64,000 nt of DNA from Narcine bancroftii. Its lineage: Eukaryota. The stretch spans positions 5,766,001 through 5,830,000 of the forward strand of contig NC_091480.1 of NCBI RefSeq assembly GCF_036971445.1, given 5' to 3'. Of this stretch, positions 1-11,351 are shown one piece after another. The notes below the pieces were generated by a model that searched no databases, was not told the DNA's origin, and was given only the letters and a program-made list of their open reading frames with translations. The number at the start of each line of letters is the position of its first letter. The first letter of the stretch is position 1. The translations under genes were made by a program, and so were the position numbers.

Positions 1-56
1 TGTCTGGTCCTGATGATCCCGAATAAAAGGTTAAGCATCTTAAATTTAAAAAAATG

Positions 57-450
57 TTGTTTCATGGATATGAGAGCCTTGGATACGAGTGTGAGCAGTT
101 CCTTTGGTCGTTCAGCATTCTCAATGCCCGTGGGAAGAAGCTGTTCCTCAGCCTGATGGTCCTGGCTGATACTCCTGGATCTCTTTCCCCGACAGGAGCA
201 GCTGAAAAATCCTGTGCGCAGGGTGGAAAAGGACCTCAAGGATCCTGGTAGATAATGTCGATATTTTGGAAGGTGGGGGGGGGGGGAAGAAGAGGGTATC
301 CGACATATTTCTCAGTAGCAACTGTACCACACTGTGATGCAGCCCGCCAGAATGCTCTCATAGAGCTCCTGTAGAAGGTTGAGATGATGGTGGCCTTACC
401 TGCCTCAGTCTTCTCAGGAAGTGCATTTACTGTTTGTATCTCTTTAAATG
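57..450 (-). mobile_element. Rex1/Babar-type non-LTR retrotransposon 3' fragment
   Basis: Minus strand resembles the TFYR..IESIL.GCITVW region seen in the other copies in this window. Confidence 0.6.
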
Positions 451-1710
451 AGCTCACAGTCATCAAGCACACTTCGGACAATTGATCTTTAGTCTTACTC
501 ATCACAGATGTCACAACTAACGCACATGAGGTCTGACACTCTTAGATGCATGAATCGGTCAAGGACAATGAAGACTGGACTGAGTCAAGGACCATGCTAA
601 GAGAAACTTGCTTACTCGTGAACGATAAAAACCAACAAGTCATTTGCCTCCCTACTACTTGCTGTACTTTCTGTGGCTGTCATATCTTGCCCACACCCAA
701 CAGTGCATCAGTGACTGGTGGAGAAACAGGGGAGGAGCTGTGACAGGAGCAACACCATAAATACTTGTATAATAGTCAAGTTTTTCGACCAATTTTTCAA
801 GGGGGGGCCTTTGACTTTTACACGAGTCATACATTTTAACCGCAGTATGTACCTGCATCGCTCAAGGCGTCGAGAGCTTGGATGGCCAGGACCAGGTGAT
901 AAATTCACATATGGGGGGGTCAGGAGCTCAGATGGGCAGGCGTTTGGGGCTCCAGTGGGTGGGCTGCCAAGATAATAGGAGCTCTGGTGGGTGCGTGGCC
1001 GAGGCGAGGATTCGTGGTTGGGACATCAGGCTCAGATGGGCAGGCAGTTGGGATCAAAAATAGGTGGGGGCTGACTTCTAAACAGTTCATATGAAAAACA
1101 TGTGACTTTTGGGCCAAAAAAAGGAGTCAACTATTGCATAGGTTGAGTATTACACAAGTATATACAGTACTGCTCTGCACACAGAGGGGTGTAGTCCAAA
1201 TAGAAAGCTTGTCAGCTGGGTCTATTACACTCCAAGCTGCCAAAATAAGTATCCACCAGGCTCCACGTTCCCGTTGAGCAAGTATCCATTGTATGGATCT
1301 CAGTGCTTGTAAATCTCCTCACCAGCCAGGTTCCTCTGGAAAGGAAATCAGCACATTTACCATAGATCATTTACCATAGATCATTTCCCAGGATTCATAC
1401 TGTCTGTAACACAGGAAATCAATCACACTCAGAAAGTCTGGATGTCTGAATCTTCTTCCCTGACACCGCCGATTCTTTCTGGGGTACGCTTTATGGGCTG
1501 AACCCTCTCTGGTGTCAGCTGCCTTCACAGTCTTTCCACTTTGAGAAATAGTGGGGGGAAGGGAGGAGGTGGGAAAGTACCAGAGATCAGCCTCAGTATG
1601 CAGAAGGTCCCATTTCAGAGGTTTGGGGGTTGGTGGTGGTGGAGAAAGAGGATTCGGTGGGGGGGGGGGTAGAAAAGAAGATACAACTTCACTTGCTGCT
1701 CCAAACTCAC

Positions 1711-4700
1711 CTTCTCAGGAAACTCCTCACTGACTAAAGACATGATCAATGACGTTTTGCCAACTTGAGCTGCAGACACAGAGAGAAAAGTATTAATTGC
1801 CAAATTCAAGAAACAGCATTGTTCGCAACACAGTTTATCCTCTCACAAGAATTGCCTCAGTTTAGTCTGAGATATCTGACACAAAGATTGGTGGTGTTGT
1901 GGACAGTGAGGAAGATTACCGTAGATTAAAAGGTGACTTAGGAAGGCTGGAGGTGTGGGCTGAGAAATGGCTGATGGAATTTAATACAGATAAGTGTGAG
2001 GTGTTACATTTTGGAAAGGCAAATCTAAATAGGTCATATGCATTAAATGGTAGGCTATTGAGATGTGCAGAGCCACAAAGGGATTTAGGAGTTGTGGTAA
2101 ATAGTACCCTCAGGGCTGATACTCAGGTAGATGGTGTGGTGAAGAAGGCATTTGGAATGTTGGCCTTCATAAATCGTAGTATTGAATTCAAGAGTAGGGA
2201 GGTTATGATGAAATTGTACAAAGAATTGGTGAGGCCAAATTTGGAGTACTGTGTACAGTTTTGGTCACCAAATTATAACCATCTAAAGATATAAACAAAA
2301 GAGAGAGTGCAGAGAAGGTTCACAAGAATGTTGACAGGATTTCAAGGTTTGAGTTACAGGGAAAGGTTGTGCAGACTGGGGCTTTTTTCTCTGGAGCGTA
2401 GAAGATTGAGAGGGGACTTGATCGAGGTGTTTAAGATTTTAAAAGGGACAGACAGGGTAAATGTGGATAGGCTTTTTCAATTAAGAGTGGGGGAGATTCA
2501 AACTAGAGGGCACGGTTTAAGATTGAAGGGGGAAAATTATAAGGGGAACATGAGGGGAAATTTCTTTACGTAAAGGGTGGTAGGGATGTGGAATGAGCTT
2601 CCGACAGACGTGGTCGAGGCGGGATCATTGGTTACATTTAAGGAAAGACTGGATAGTTACATGGATAGGACTGGAGGGGTATGGACCGGGTGCTGTCAGT
2701 GGGACTAGGAGGGTGGGGTTTTGTTACGGCATGGACTAGTAGGGCCGAACTGGCCTGTTCTGTGCTGTAAGTGGTTATGTGGTTATATATCTCACACCTT
2801 GAACAACCACTTTCAATTCCACTCAGTTTCTCCAAAGATGGAGCTAAAGAACCTGCAGGTCCAAGGTATTGCGAACATTTTGTGGGATACGTGGACTTTT
2901 GTTTCAGTCCTCCTGTGGACATTCTCTCAGCTCTTTCTTGGATACATCAATGGTGCTGTTTCATGTAGTTATTCACAACTCGGTACTTTTGCTACTGATT
3001 GCCACTCTGTTCTCACTTTCACAGTCCGTCTCTGACCCTCCTCCTACCTAGATCCCTCTCAGGAGACAATTCAGTGACAAATTTTCATCAACAACCCAAG
3101 AGTTGTCTAAATTGTACTCTACCCGCTGCAGAGTCTATTCCACTTCTTCCATCACATCTATCCCAACTAACAAGAAGATGTCACCTTTCCTATTCCCTTT
3201 AGAATAGGAAAGGGAATCTCTCTGGCGGGGCAAGATCAAGGTTACCGAGTTAATAAATGGCCATCTGCTTTTTTGTTTGAAAATTTTATTTATTGAATCA
3301 TGATGTTAAAACATACAATAAATGAAAAATATACAAAATACATACATATTTTAGAACTAATCCCCTACAACCCCCTGCCCCCTTCCCTAACCCACCCCCC
3401 CCCCAACCTACCCAAAATGAAAAAAAGGAAAAAGAGATCATATAACGTCAAAATTTATCAGTTAATTCCCATGGTTTGGAGTGACACCACTACTGTGCGG
3501 CGAGGAGATTTAATAATTCAACCCCATATAATCCAAATACGGGCTCCAAGTTTAATGATAAAAAAGATAATTATCACGTAAATTATATCTTATCTTTTCC
3601 AATGGAATACAGGACCTCAACTCCAGATGCCATCTCTGAATATTCAAATCAGTCTCATTTTTCCAAGTAATTGCCAAGCCATCTGCTTGATACCTTAACG
3701 AGAGTGGTTATAGAGAGAGAACAAGAGGGGAAGAGAGAGAGACAGCAACAACATTGTGGAAGTGCAGAGATGTCGGAAATGCTCTCATGCTACACTTGCT
3801 TAGTGCTAATAGATCTTCCTTTTCATTGTAACTCTATCTCTTTTCTTGGCTGTATGAATGTTAGAAACAGCCTGTTGGTCTGCTCGTAGAAACACCTTCT
3901 CAGTGTTTTATGACACAAAGATGAATCTTTCCTGTCTCTATCAGAACTGACTGCATCTGATACATGTCTAGCCACCTGATGGACATTAAATGCACAAGTT
4001 GGGATATCATGTTACATTGGTTCTGGATGCCTTGCTGAAAGAAAGATGTCACTAACCTAGAAAGAAAGCAAAAAAGATTCACAAGGTACCAGTTCTGGAG
4101 GGCTCGAATTCTAGAACTGGAAGGTGGGATTCTTGGTGGAGGGGCAGGGGGAGTTTTGGACCTGAGCTTTTCTTCAAGGTGTAAAAAGCAGGCAGGCATC
4201 TGCATTAAATGAAAGGGTAGGGGGAGGAGTACAGACCAACAGACAATTGGGTGGCACAGTTTTGTTACCACAACATTGTTCCAGCATTACTGATCAGGAC
4301 ACAGGTTTGAATCCCGTGCAGTCTGTGTGTAGGTTCTCCCCAGGTCGGCATGGGTTTTCCCTGGGGGCTCTGGTTTACCTCCACCCTTCAAAAACAAACA
4401 TCAGGGGCTGTAGGTTAATTTGGTGGCTTCGGTTTGTGAGCTGGAAGGGCCTGTTATCATGCCGTATGCCCAAATTTAAACTTAATGTTTCTTAAAAACA
4501 CCATTAATTGGACATGGAGAAGAGACCAGGAGAACCATAGCAACTTGAGGGGTGACCTTAGAGATTTACAAAATTGCCCAGGGGCATAGATAAGAATAAT
4601 CACAGGAAAGATTTAAAAGGAAGAGCATTATTTTCCAAACAGAGATACATATATGGAATGAGCTGTCAGGGGCTGATACAATGATGACATTTAAGACATT

Positions 4701-7700
4701 TGTTCAGGTACATACTGTGGTATGCAAAAGTTTGGGCACCCTGCATGGTCAGTACTTAGTAACACCCACCCTGGCAAATATCACAGCTTGTAAACACTTT
4801 CGGTAGCCAGTGAAGAGTCTTTCTACTCTTGCTTGCAAAGGAGTTAAGGGTTATGGGGATAAGGCTGGAAAAGGGTACTGATGGTAGTGATCAGGCATGA
4901 TCTGTAAAATGGCGGTGCTGGCTCGACGGGCCTACTCCAGCTCCTGTCGTCTATTGCTTGAGGGATTTTCGCCCATTCTTCCTTACAAAAGGCTTTTAGT
5001 TCTGCAAGATTCTTGGGCTGTCTTGCATACACTACTCTTTTAAGGTCTATCTAAGAATTTTGATGACGTTTAGGTTGGGGGACTGTGAGGGCCATGGCAA
5101 AACCTTCAGCTTGCGCCACTTGGGGGTCATCCATTGTGGATTTTGAGGTGTGCTTAGGACCGTTATCCTGTTGTAGAAGCCAACCTCTTTTCATCTTCAG
5201 CTTTTTTTTAAAAAAGGAAAAAATAGATGGTGTGATGTTTGCTTCCAGAATTTGCAGATATTTAATAGAATTCATTCTTCCCTCTACCAGTGAAATGTGC
5301 CCCATGCCACCGGCTGCAACACAAGCCCAAAGGATGATCACTCCACCCCCGTGTTTAACAGTATTCTTTTCCGCACCTTTTTTTTTTTACCTTTGCACAT
5401 TGCGGCCAATAAGTTCTATTTTCACTTCATCAGTCCATAGGACTTGTTTCCAAAATGCATCAGGCTTTTTTAGATGTTGTAGTGAGCACGCAGGAAAGGA
5501 TTTCTTCTGATGACTCTTTCATGAAGATTATATTCGTTCAGGTTTTGCTGCACAGTGCATTGCCATTCGAGAGTCTGCTAAATCTTTTGCAGTTAAACTG
5601 GGGTTTTGATTCACCTTGCTAGCAATTCTACAAGTAGTCCTCTCAGAAAGTTTTCTTGGTCTTCCAGGCCTCGACTTGACCATTCTTCCTGTTAACTGCC
5701 ATTTCTTAATCACATTACAAACTGAGGAATGGCCACCTGAAAATGCTTTGCTATTTCTTTATAGCCTTCTTCTGCTACGTGGGCATCATTTATTTTAATT
5801 TTCAACAACCTAGGCAGCTGTTTAGCATGGCTGCAGATTGTTGGGACAAGGTTTGAGGAGTCATGAGATTTATAAAGCTTTGAAATTTACATCACCTGGC
5901 CTTTTCTAATGAGGACTGAGCAAGCTAACAAGTCCTAACAAGGTAATTAAGGTCTGAGACCTTGGTAAAAGTTATCTGAGAGCTCAAATCCCTTGGGTGC
6001 CCAAACTTTTGCATGGTGCTCTTTTCCTTTTCACTAAAACAAAAATAATACACTAATCTTGCTTAAAATGTTGAAAAGAATGTGTCATCTTTAACTTTAT
6101 AACTTTTGGGGTTCAGTTCATCTTCTACTCACTTAACTATTCACAGTAACAGAAGTTTTGACCAGGGGTGCCCAAACTTTTGCATACCACTGCAGACAGG
6201 AGAGGTTTAGAGGGATATGGGCCAAGTGCAGGCAAACAGGACACGCTGAAATGGGAAACTTGCTCAGCGTGGTTGAGTTGGGTCAGAAGCCTGTTTCCAT
6301 GGTGTACAGCTCAGTTTTCCTCTCTCCACAGCTGCCTGATTTGTGGCTATTTCCACCATTTCTTTTGCTTCAGACTTGGTACCTACCAGATCCTTAATTG
6401 CATACATGTGCCTGTTAACTACACAGCCCCAGAAAGTTGTTACACGAGTACCCTTGGTCTCCACTCTGTCACAGACATTCCCTCTCCTATGTGCATCTTG
6501 AAACTCTTGTTTCCTCAGTTGAATGATTCCCAGTTCTGATTTACAGTCACTAAACTAAAACAATAACCCTGTCCCTATCTCTTCCTCCCTCTCAGTCTGC
6601 AGATGCTGCGTTACTTGTTGCAATGTTTCTGAACTAATTCTGCATTAGAGACCCAGACATTAATCACTCCCCAAACACAAGCCATCCTCTCTCCCCTGTA
6701 GTTTACCAGCATTCTCAGTAGTGGAGAGGGTCAAGAACTTAAAATTCCTGGGTGTTAACATCTTTGAGGATCTGTCCTGGAGCGTCTACATTGATGTAAT
6801 CACAAAGAAGGCTCGCCAGCAGCTATACTTTCTGAGGTGTCTAAGGAGATTCGGTATGTCACCAAAAACTCTCGTAAACATCTACAGGTGGACCATGGAG
6901 AGCATTCTGGCTGGTTGCGTCACTGTCTGGTATGGAGGTGCCAAATTACAGAACAAAGATAAACACCAGAGGGTTGTTAATTCAGCCTGTGTCATCACAG
7001 GCACACCATCAAGGACATCTACATGAGGTGGTGTCTAAAAGAGCAGCCTCTATCCTCAAAGACCCCCACCACCCAGGTCATGCCCTCTTCACTCTGCCAC
7101 CATCAGGAAAAAGGTACAAGAGCCTGAAGACAAGCATTCATCGGCTCAAGGACAGGTTCTTCTCCACTGCCATTATATTCCTGAATAATCGATGAACTAA
7201 AGACACTGCCTTATCTTTATTGTTATTTTTTTATAACATGTAAGTTTGGGCTATGATGTTGCCACAAAACACCAAATTTCATGACTTGTTCATGACAATA
7301 AATCCCAATTCTGATCTCTTCACACATGTAAATCCAATCCCTTCACCCCTTTCCCTTTTCTCTCCCTCCCATCCTCACACCTTCCCTCCAATCCATCTTC
7401 TCTCTCCTCCAAACTTTGCCACCTTCTGCCCTCTGCTCCAGCACTACCCTTTCTCCTACAGTCTCCTCTCAATCCCTATCTGCTTCCCTTCCTCTCTCCT
7501 TCTAGGCCCCCTATGTCCCCTCCTTGCATCATTATTTCCTCCTTCCCTCCAGCCTTTCAATTCATCCCCCTCATCCCTCTGGCTCCCCTCCCCCTCGGGG
7601 GTCCCTTCCCCCCCCCCATCCCTCTGGGCTCTCCCCCCCCCATCCCTCTGGGCTCTCCCCCCCCCATCCCTCTGGGCTCTCCCCCCCCCAATCCCTCTGG

Positions 7701-8486
7701 GCTCTCCACCCCCCAATCCCTCTGGGCTCTCCCCCCCCCATCCCTCTGGGCTCTCCCCACCCCCATCCCTCTGGGCTCTCCCCCCCCCCATCCCTCTGGG
7801 CTCTCCCCCCCCCATCCCTCTGGGCTCTCCCCCCCCATCCCTCTGGGGCTTCCCTCCCATCCCTCTGGGGCTTCCCTCCCATCCCTCTGGGGCTTCCCTC
7901 CCATCCCTCTGGGGCTTCCCTCCCATCCCTCTGGGGCTTCCCTCCCATCCCTCTGGGGCTTCCCTCCCATCCCTCTGGGGCTTCCCTCCCATCCCTCTGG
8001 GGCTTCCCCCACCACCCCTTCTCTGTCCCCCACCCCCCTTCTCTGTCTCCTCCCTTCACTATCTACCCCCACTCACCTTCTCTGTCTCCTCCCTCCACTA
8101 CCTAGTCCCCTACCCCCTTCTCTGTCTCCTCCCTCCACTTCCTAGTCCCCCACCCCCCTTCTCTGTCCCCCACCCCCCTTCTCTGTCTCCTCCCTTCACT
8201 ATCTACCCCCACTCACCTTCTCTGTCTCCTCCCTCCACTACCTAGTCCCCTACCCCCTTCTCTGTCTCCTCCCTCCACTTCCTAGTCCCCCACCCCCCTT
8301 CTCTGTCTCCTTCCCCCACTTCCTAGTCCCCCACCCCCCTTCTCTGTCTCCTCCCTTCACTATCTACCTCCCACCCCCCTAATCTGTCTCCACCCTTTCT
8401 CCCACCCCCTCCCCGTCTTCTCTCCCCTCCTCCCGCGGCCTTTACTCACGTTCCCCCACCAGCAGGATCCTCACGTTGGCCCTCAT
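1711..8486 (-). CDS. RHOT1: Mitochondrial Rho GTPase (Miro), first two coding exons; gene presumably continues off the left edge
   Basis: Exon 8450-8486 (ATG, 37 nt, donor GTGAGT) splices to exon 1711-1769 (59 nt, tgcag acceptor, GTGAGT donor). Translation [32 protein letters not shown] contains the Miro P-loop. LVGEP and LVSEE residues favour RHOT1 over RHOT2, but the paralog call is uncertain. No third exon was recognised in 1-1710. Confidence 0.85.
1883..2786 (+). mobile_element. CR1 LINE, 5'-truncated
   Basis: RT C-terminus WAEKWLMEFNTDKCEVLHFG...LVRPNLEYCVQFWSP...RRRLRGDLIEVFKI. Tail (GTGGTTAT)2. Near-TSD ATATCT(G/C)ACAC at 1872-1882 and 2787-2797. Confidence 0.9.
3271..3677 (-). mobile_element. 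L1-clade LINE 3' end, 5'-truncated
   Basis: Minus strand encodes TWKNE...RWHLELRSCIPLEKIRY (ORF2 C-terminus), followed by an A-rich tail. 11-bp TSD GCCATCTGCTT at 3260-3270 and 3678-3688. Confidence 0.8.
4250..4480 (+). mobile_element. tRNA-derived V-SINE/HE1-like SINE (further copies near 20280-20520, 25570-25790 minus, 33340-33550, 33945-34180, 44420-44600, 62670-62870, 63125-63260)
   Basis: B-box-like GGTTYGAATCC, shared core TTCTCCCC..G..TGGGTTT.C.C.GGG.GCTC.GGTTTCCTCCCAC, and a CR1-like 3' tail. Confidence 0.75.
4715..6192 (-). mobile_element. Tc1/mariner DNA transposon (IR/DR type) with degenerate transposase
   Basis: Terminal repeats C(A/T)GTGGTATGCAAAAGTTTGGGCACCC at 4715 and inverted at ~6165-6192, TA on the left flank, inner direct repeat at ~5995-6013. 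Minus-strand peptides RPGRPRKLSERT, LWACVAAGGMG...LLQQDNGPKHTSKST and NLAELKAFCKEEWAKIP. Confidence 0.92.
6721..7312 (+). mobile_element. Rex1/Babar-type LINE 3' fragment (similar copies near 10070-10500, 13340-13640, 14740-15320, 31950-32270, 39105-39650, 43730-44320, 61670-62280 minus)
   Basis: ERVKNLKFLGVNI...KKARQQLYFLRCLRRFGMS...ESILAGCVTVWYG...KDPHHPGHALFTLPPSGKRY. Confidence 0.8.
7613..8400. repeat. Pyrimidine-rich minisatellite cluster in RHOT intron 1
   Basis: ~22-25 bp units CCATCCCTCTGGGCTCTCCCCCC that switch to CCATCCCTCTGGGGCTTCCCTC, followed by longer CCCCCTTCTCTGTCTCCTCCC units. Confidence 0.95.
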
Positions 8487-8760
8487 GTTGAGCGTGTGTC
8501 ACCGAGCGCCTTTGAGCAGGAGCTCAGAGGGACCAACCGACCGCATCGAGAGCGCCGGACAAATCGGCAACTTCCGGCAAGCCGCCAAACGTTTCTCGGC
8601 AACTTCCACCCTCATTCGGCTCTCTCCGGACTGGGGGCGGAGCCTCCGAGCTCAGCGGCCGGCAACACTCGGATCTTTCCGGAGAGCCGGCTCGACAAGT
8701 TCGGGAAAAGTTGACGGTTCCTCGTTGCACGGAGGCTGCCCGACCTGCTGCGTGTTCTCT
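8487..8760 (-). promoter_or_regulatory. CpG-rich RHOT 5' UTR/promoter with ETS/GABP-type site
   Basis: Local CpG enrichment directly upstream of the ATG. ACTTCCGG at 8570-8577, plus further TCCGGA cores. Confidence 0.6.
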
Positions 8761-11351
8761 TATTGCAACCTTTCAGACAACCCGCTGATCAGTCTCCTCA
8801 GTCCAGTTTTATGTCCTTTGTCATAATGCAATTAACTTCTCTTTAAGAATTCAATACAGGTTCCAGAGACATAAACTATGAAGCAATACAACTCAGACTC
8901 AAGCCCTTTAGCCCATATTGCCTGTTCAGATCATTTTTTTTTCCCTCGTTATTAGTCTGTTGACGTGTACATTATGTAGTTTGTTTTGCACAACCAATAA
9001 GTGGCAATTGTGCCTCACCTGCAACAAAAAGAATCTCAGGGTTGTAAGTGATTTCATGTACATAGTCAATAAATCTGACCATGAAGGTAAACTTATTCCT
9101 ACCTGCATTTGCTGCCTGTTCATGTTCTCCAGGAATCTTCTTTAAAATATTTCACAGCCTCCCCACTCCTAATCTCTAACTCCAGCTCTCTGGGATAGAC
9201 TTACAGCACTAAATCACACCCTTCCTCTCTACACACCCACACTGACCATGATAGCCATCTATATTAATCCCACTTCTCAGCACTTCCTAAACCGTGGCAA
9301 TTCTCCCACCTCCTTAAGCAGCGCGTTCCATACCGAGACCACCCCCTGTTTTTTTTTCATTACCATCAGATTCCCCCTCACCCATGGCTTCTAGTCTTGG
9401 GGACCAGGTGTTCTCCTCCCCACCATGAACATAGCTGCTTCACTACTGCCAGGCTTGGTAAGATCTCAAGGCATGATATTCCATCATTCCTCACCCCCAT
9501 TTATATTACATCTCTACTGCGACATTTCACCAAATGAATTAGCATCTGCTACTAAAGTCCAATCTGTTCATCCTTTGGAAGCGTCAGGGGGCACAGCAAC
9601 ACTTGCCCCAATTCAAATGTCCATTAGCAGGAACAGGGTTAAGGGGGGTGAGGGGAAGATAATCCTAATCCAACAACAATAACCAACAGCTTTCCCATTT
9701 GAGGAAGCTGATGAATCAACTACCAAATAAAATTGAACTTTGTACAGAACAATACATCTCCACTTTAAAAATAAAGCAACCTGAGAGTCTGATACAAGGT
9801 GATCACTCATGTCTCTTCTCAGGTACTGCTCAACATAGAGTATTTTCAACACTTTATTTTTTTTTACTTCAGAATTACAGTAGAGGCAGTTTTCTTTTAA
9901 CCTTTAAACATTTTCAAAGTTTGTTTACTAGTAAACATGGTTAATGATTTGTAATGGAGTTTTCCATCCTGCAATATTATAGGCTTTGGAGAGGTTATTG
10001 GTATCAGATTACTTCTACAATTAACTTCTGACTCACAACTCCACTGCCAGATTTAATTCCAACAGAATCATTGTTTGCAGATGATACAACAGTAGTTGGC
10101 CCTCATCACCAACAATGACTAGACCCTCAGCTTACTGAGAGGAGAGTGGGCGGCTTGTAAAATGATACAAAAACCCAGGTCTCCATGTGAGGAGACGGCC
10201 AATTAAAGGCCAAAGGAGATGACCGTGGTATAGTAGCTGCAAAGCATCCAACCTGATGCCAATACAGAGGATCATCAAAACAGCCAAGTTCACTGGGGTC
10301 TCCCTTTCCTCTATTGATGCCATTCACTAGCAGCATTGCTTAAATAGGGCTCAAGGAATTAGAGGATCGTCTCCGTCCATCACATAGGATCTATGACCCA
10401 CTACCCACCAGGAAGGAGGTACAGGAGCATCATAATCAGGACGGCCAGGCTGGAGAATAGTTCCTTCCCGCAGGCTGCGAGATTGACCAACTGTACCCTG
10501 TAACCTCGAGGGTCTTATAAATGAAACAATTACAACTAAACCCCTGGTATCCAGCACCTATGGGGATTGGTAGATGCTGGATAAGTGACTTTTCCAGTTG
10601 CTTGAGATTCCACAATTAGTGAAGTAACGGGGAAGTTTAAACTTCTGTGCTTTTCACCCACTTATTTTCTGCAATTTTTTTTTCCAGTTGGATTCCAGCA
10701 GATAACAGGCATTTTATTGTATTCTGAAATTTTGTGTGGGGGACACTTTCATCTGGTTGTATATGTACAGCCATAAATTTGAACTTAAAAAAAGTTCTTG
10801 AATAGAAGGTCCTCTGGAAAATTAGCTGTCAAAGGGCTTCACACCCAATGTCCAATGGTACATGATGATAATAAAAGAAGCAGCAGGCTAATAGCAAAGA
10901 CCCACCTGCTCCCCTCACCAAAAGAACACTCTGCAGGGATGGTCAAAGGCTGGGCCCCTCTCTGAGGGTCAGTCATATTACACAGGTCTTTCTAAGCTAC
11001 ACTATTCTAGCTCTGTCACAGGACATGTCCTGTCCATGTTGTTTTCTCCATTGATCAGTTTATTACATCAAAATTAGCAGATAATTAAAATGACTCAGTT
11101 GAATAAATTATAAAAAAAATTTAAAAGGAAACTAAATTAGATATACTTTGTATAAATAGATATTATTCCGGTTTCACTGATTTGGCAATTAAAGGCTGTA
11201 ACGTTTAGTTCCTCCTTTGGTCTTTCATTTGACATTTCATGCCAGCATTCCCTCTTTCCAAAGAGTTTTCTGCACTTCTTCTGGGATTCGGATCATCCTT
11301 GCCAAGAACGCCTTCCCCTTAGGTTTGGTCAAATTGCAGCTTTACCAATGA

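Noticed and set aside
1480-1530. Minus-strand GCTGACACCAGAGAGGGTT resembling RHOT exon 3
   Set aside because: Short match only, with no consistent frame or splice sites.
7253-8245. Pro-rich / Gly-rich ORFs up to 330 aa
   Set aside because: Translations of the pyrimidine minisatellite inside RHOT intron 1.
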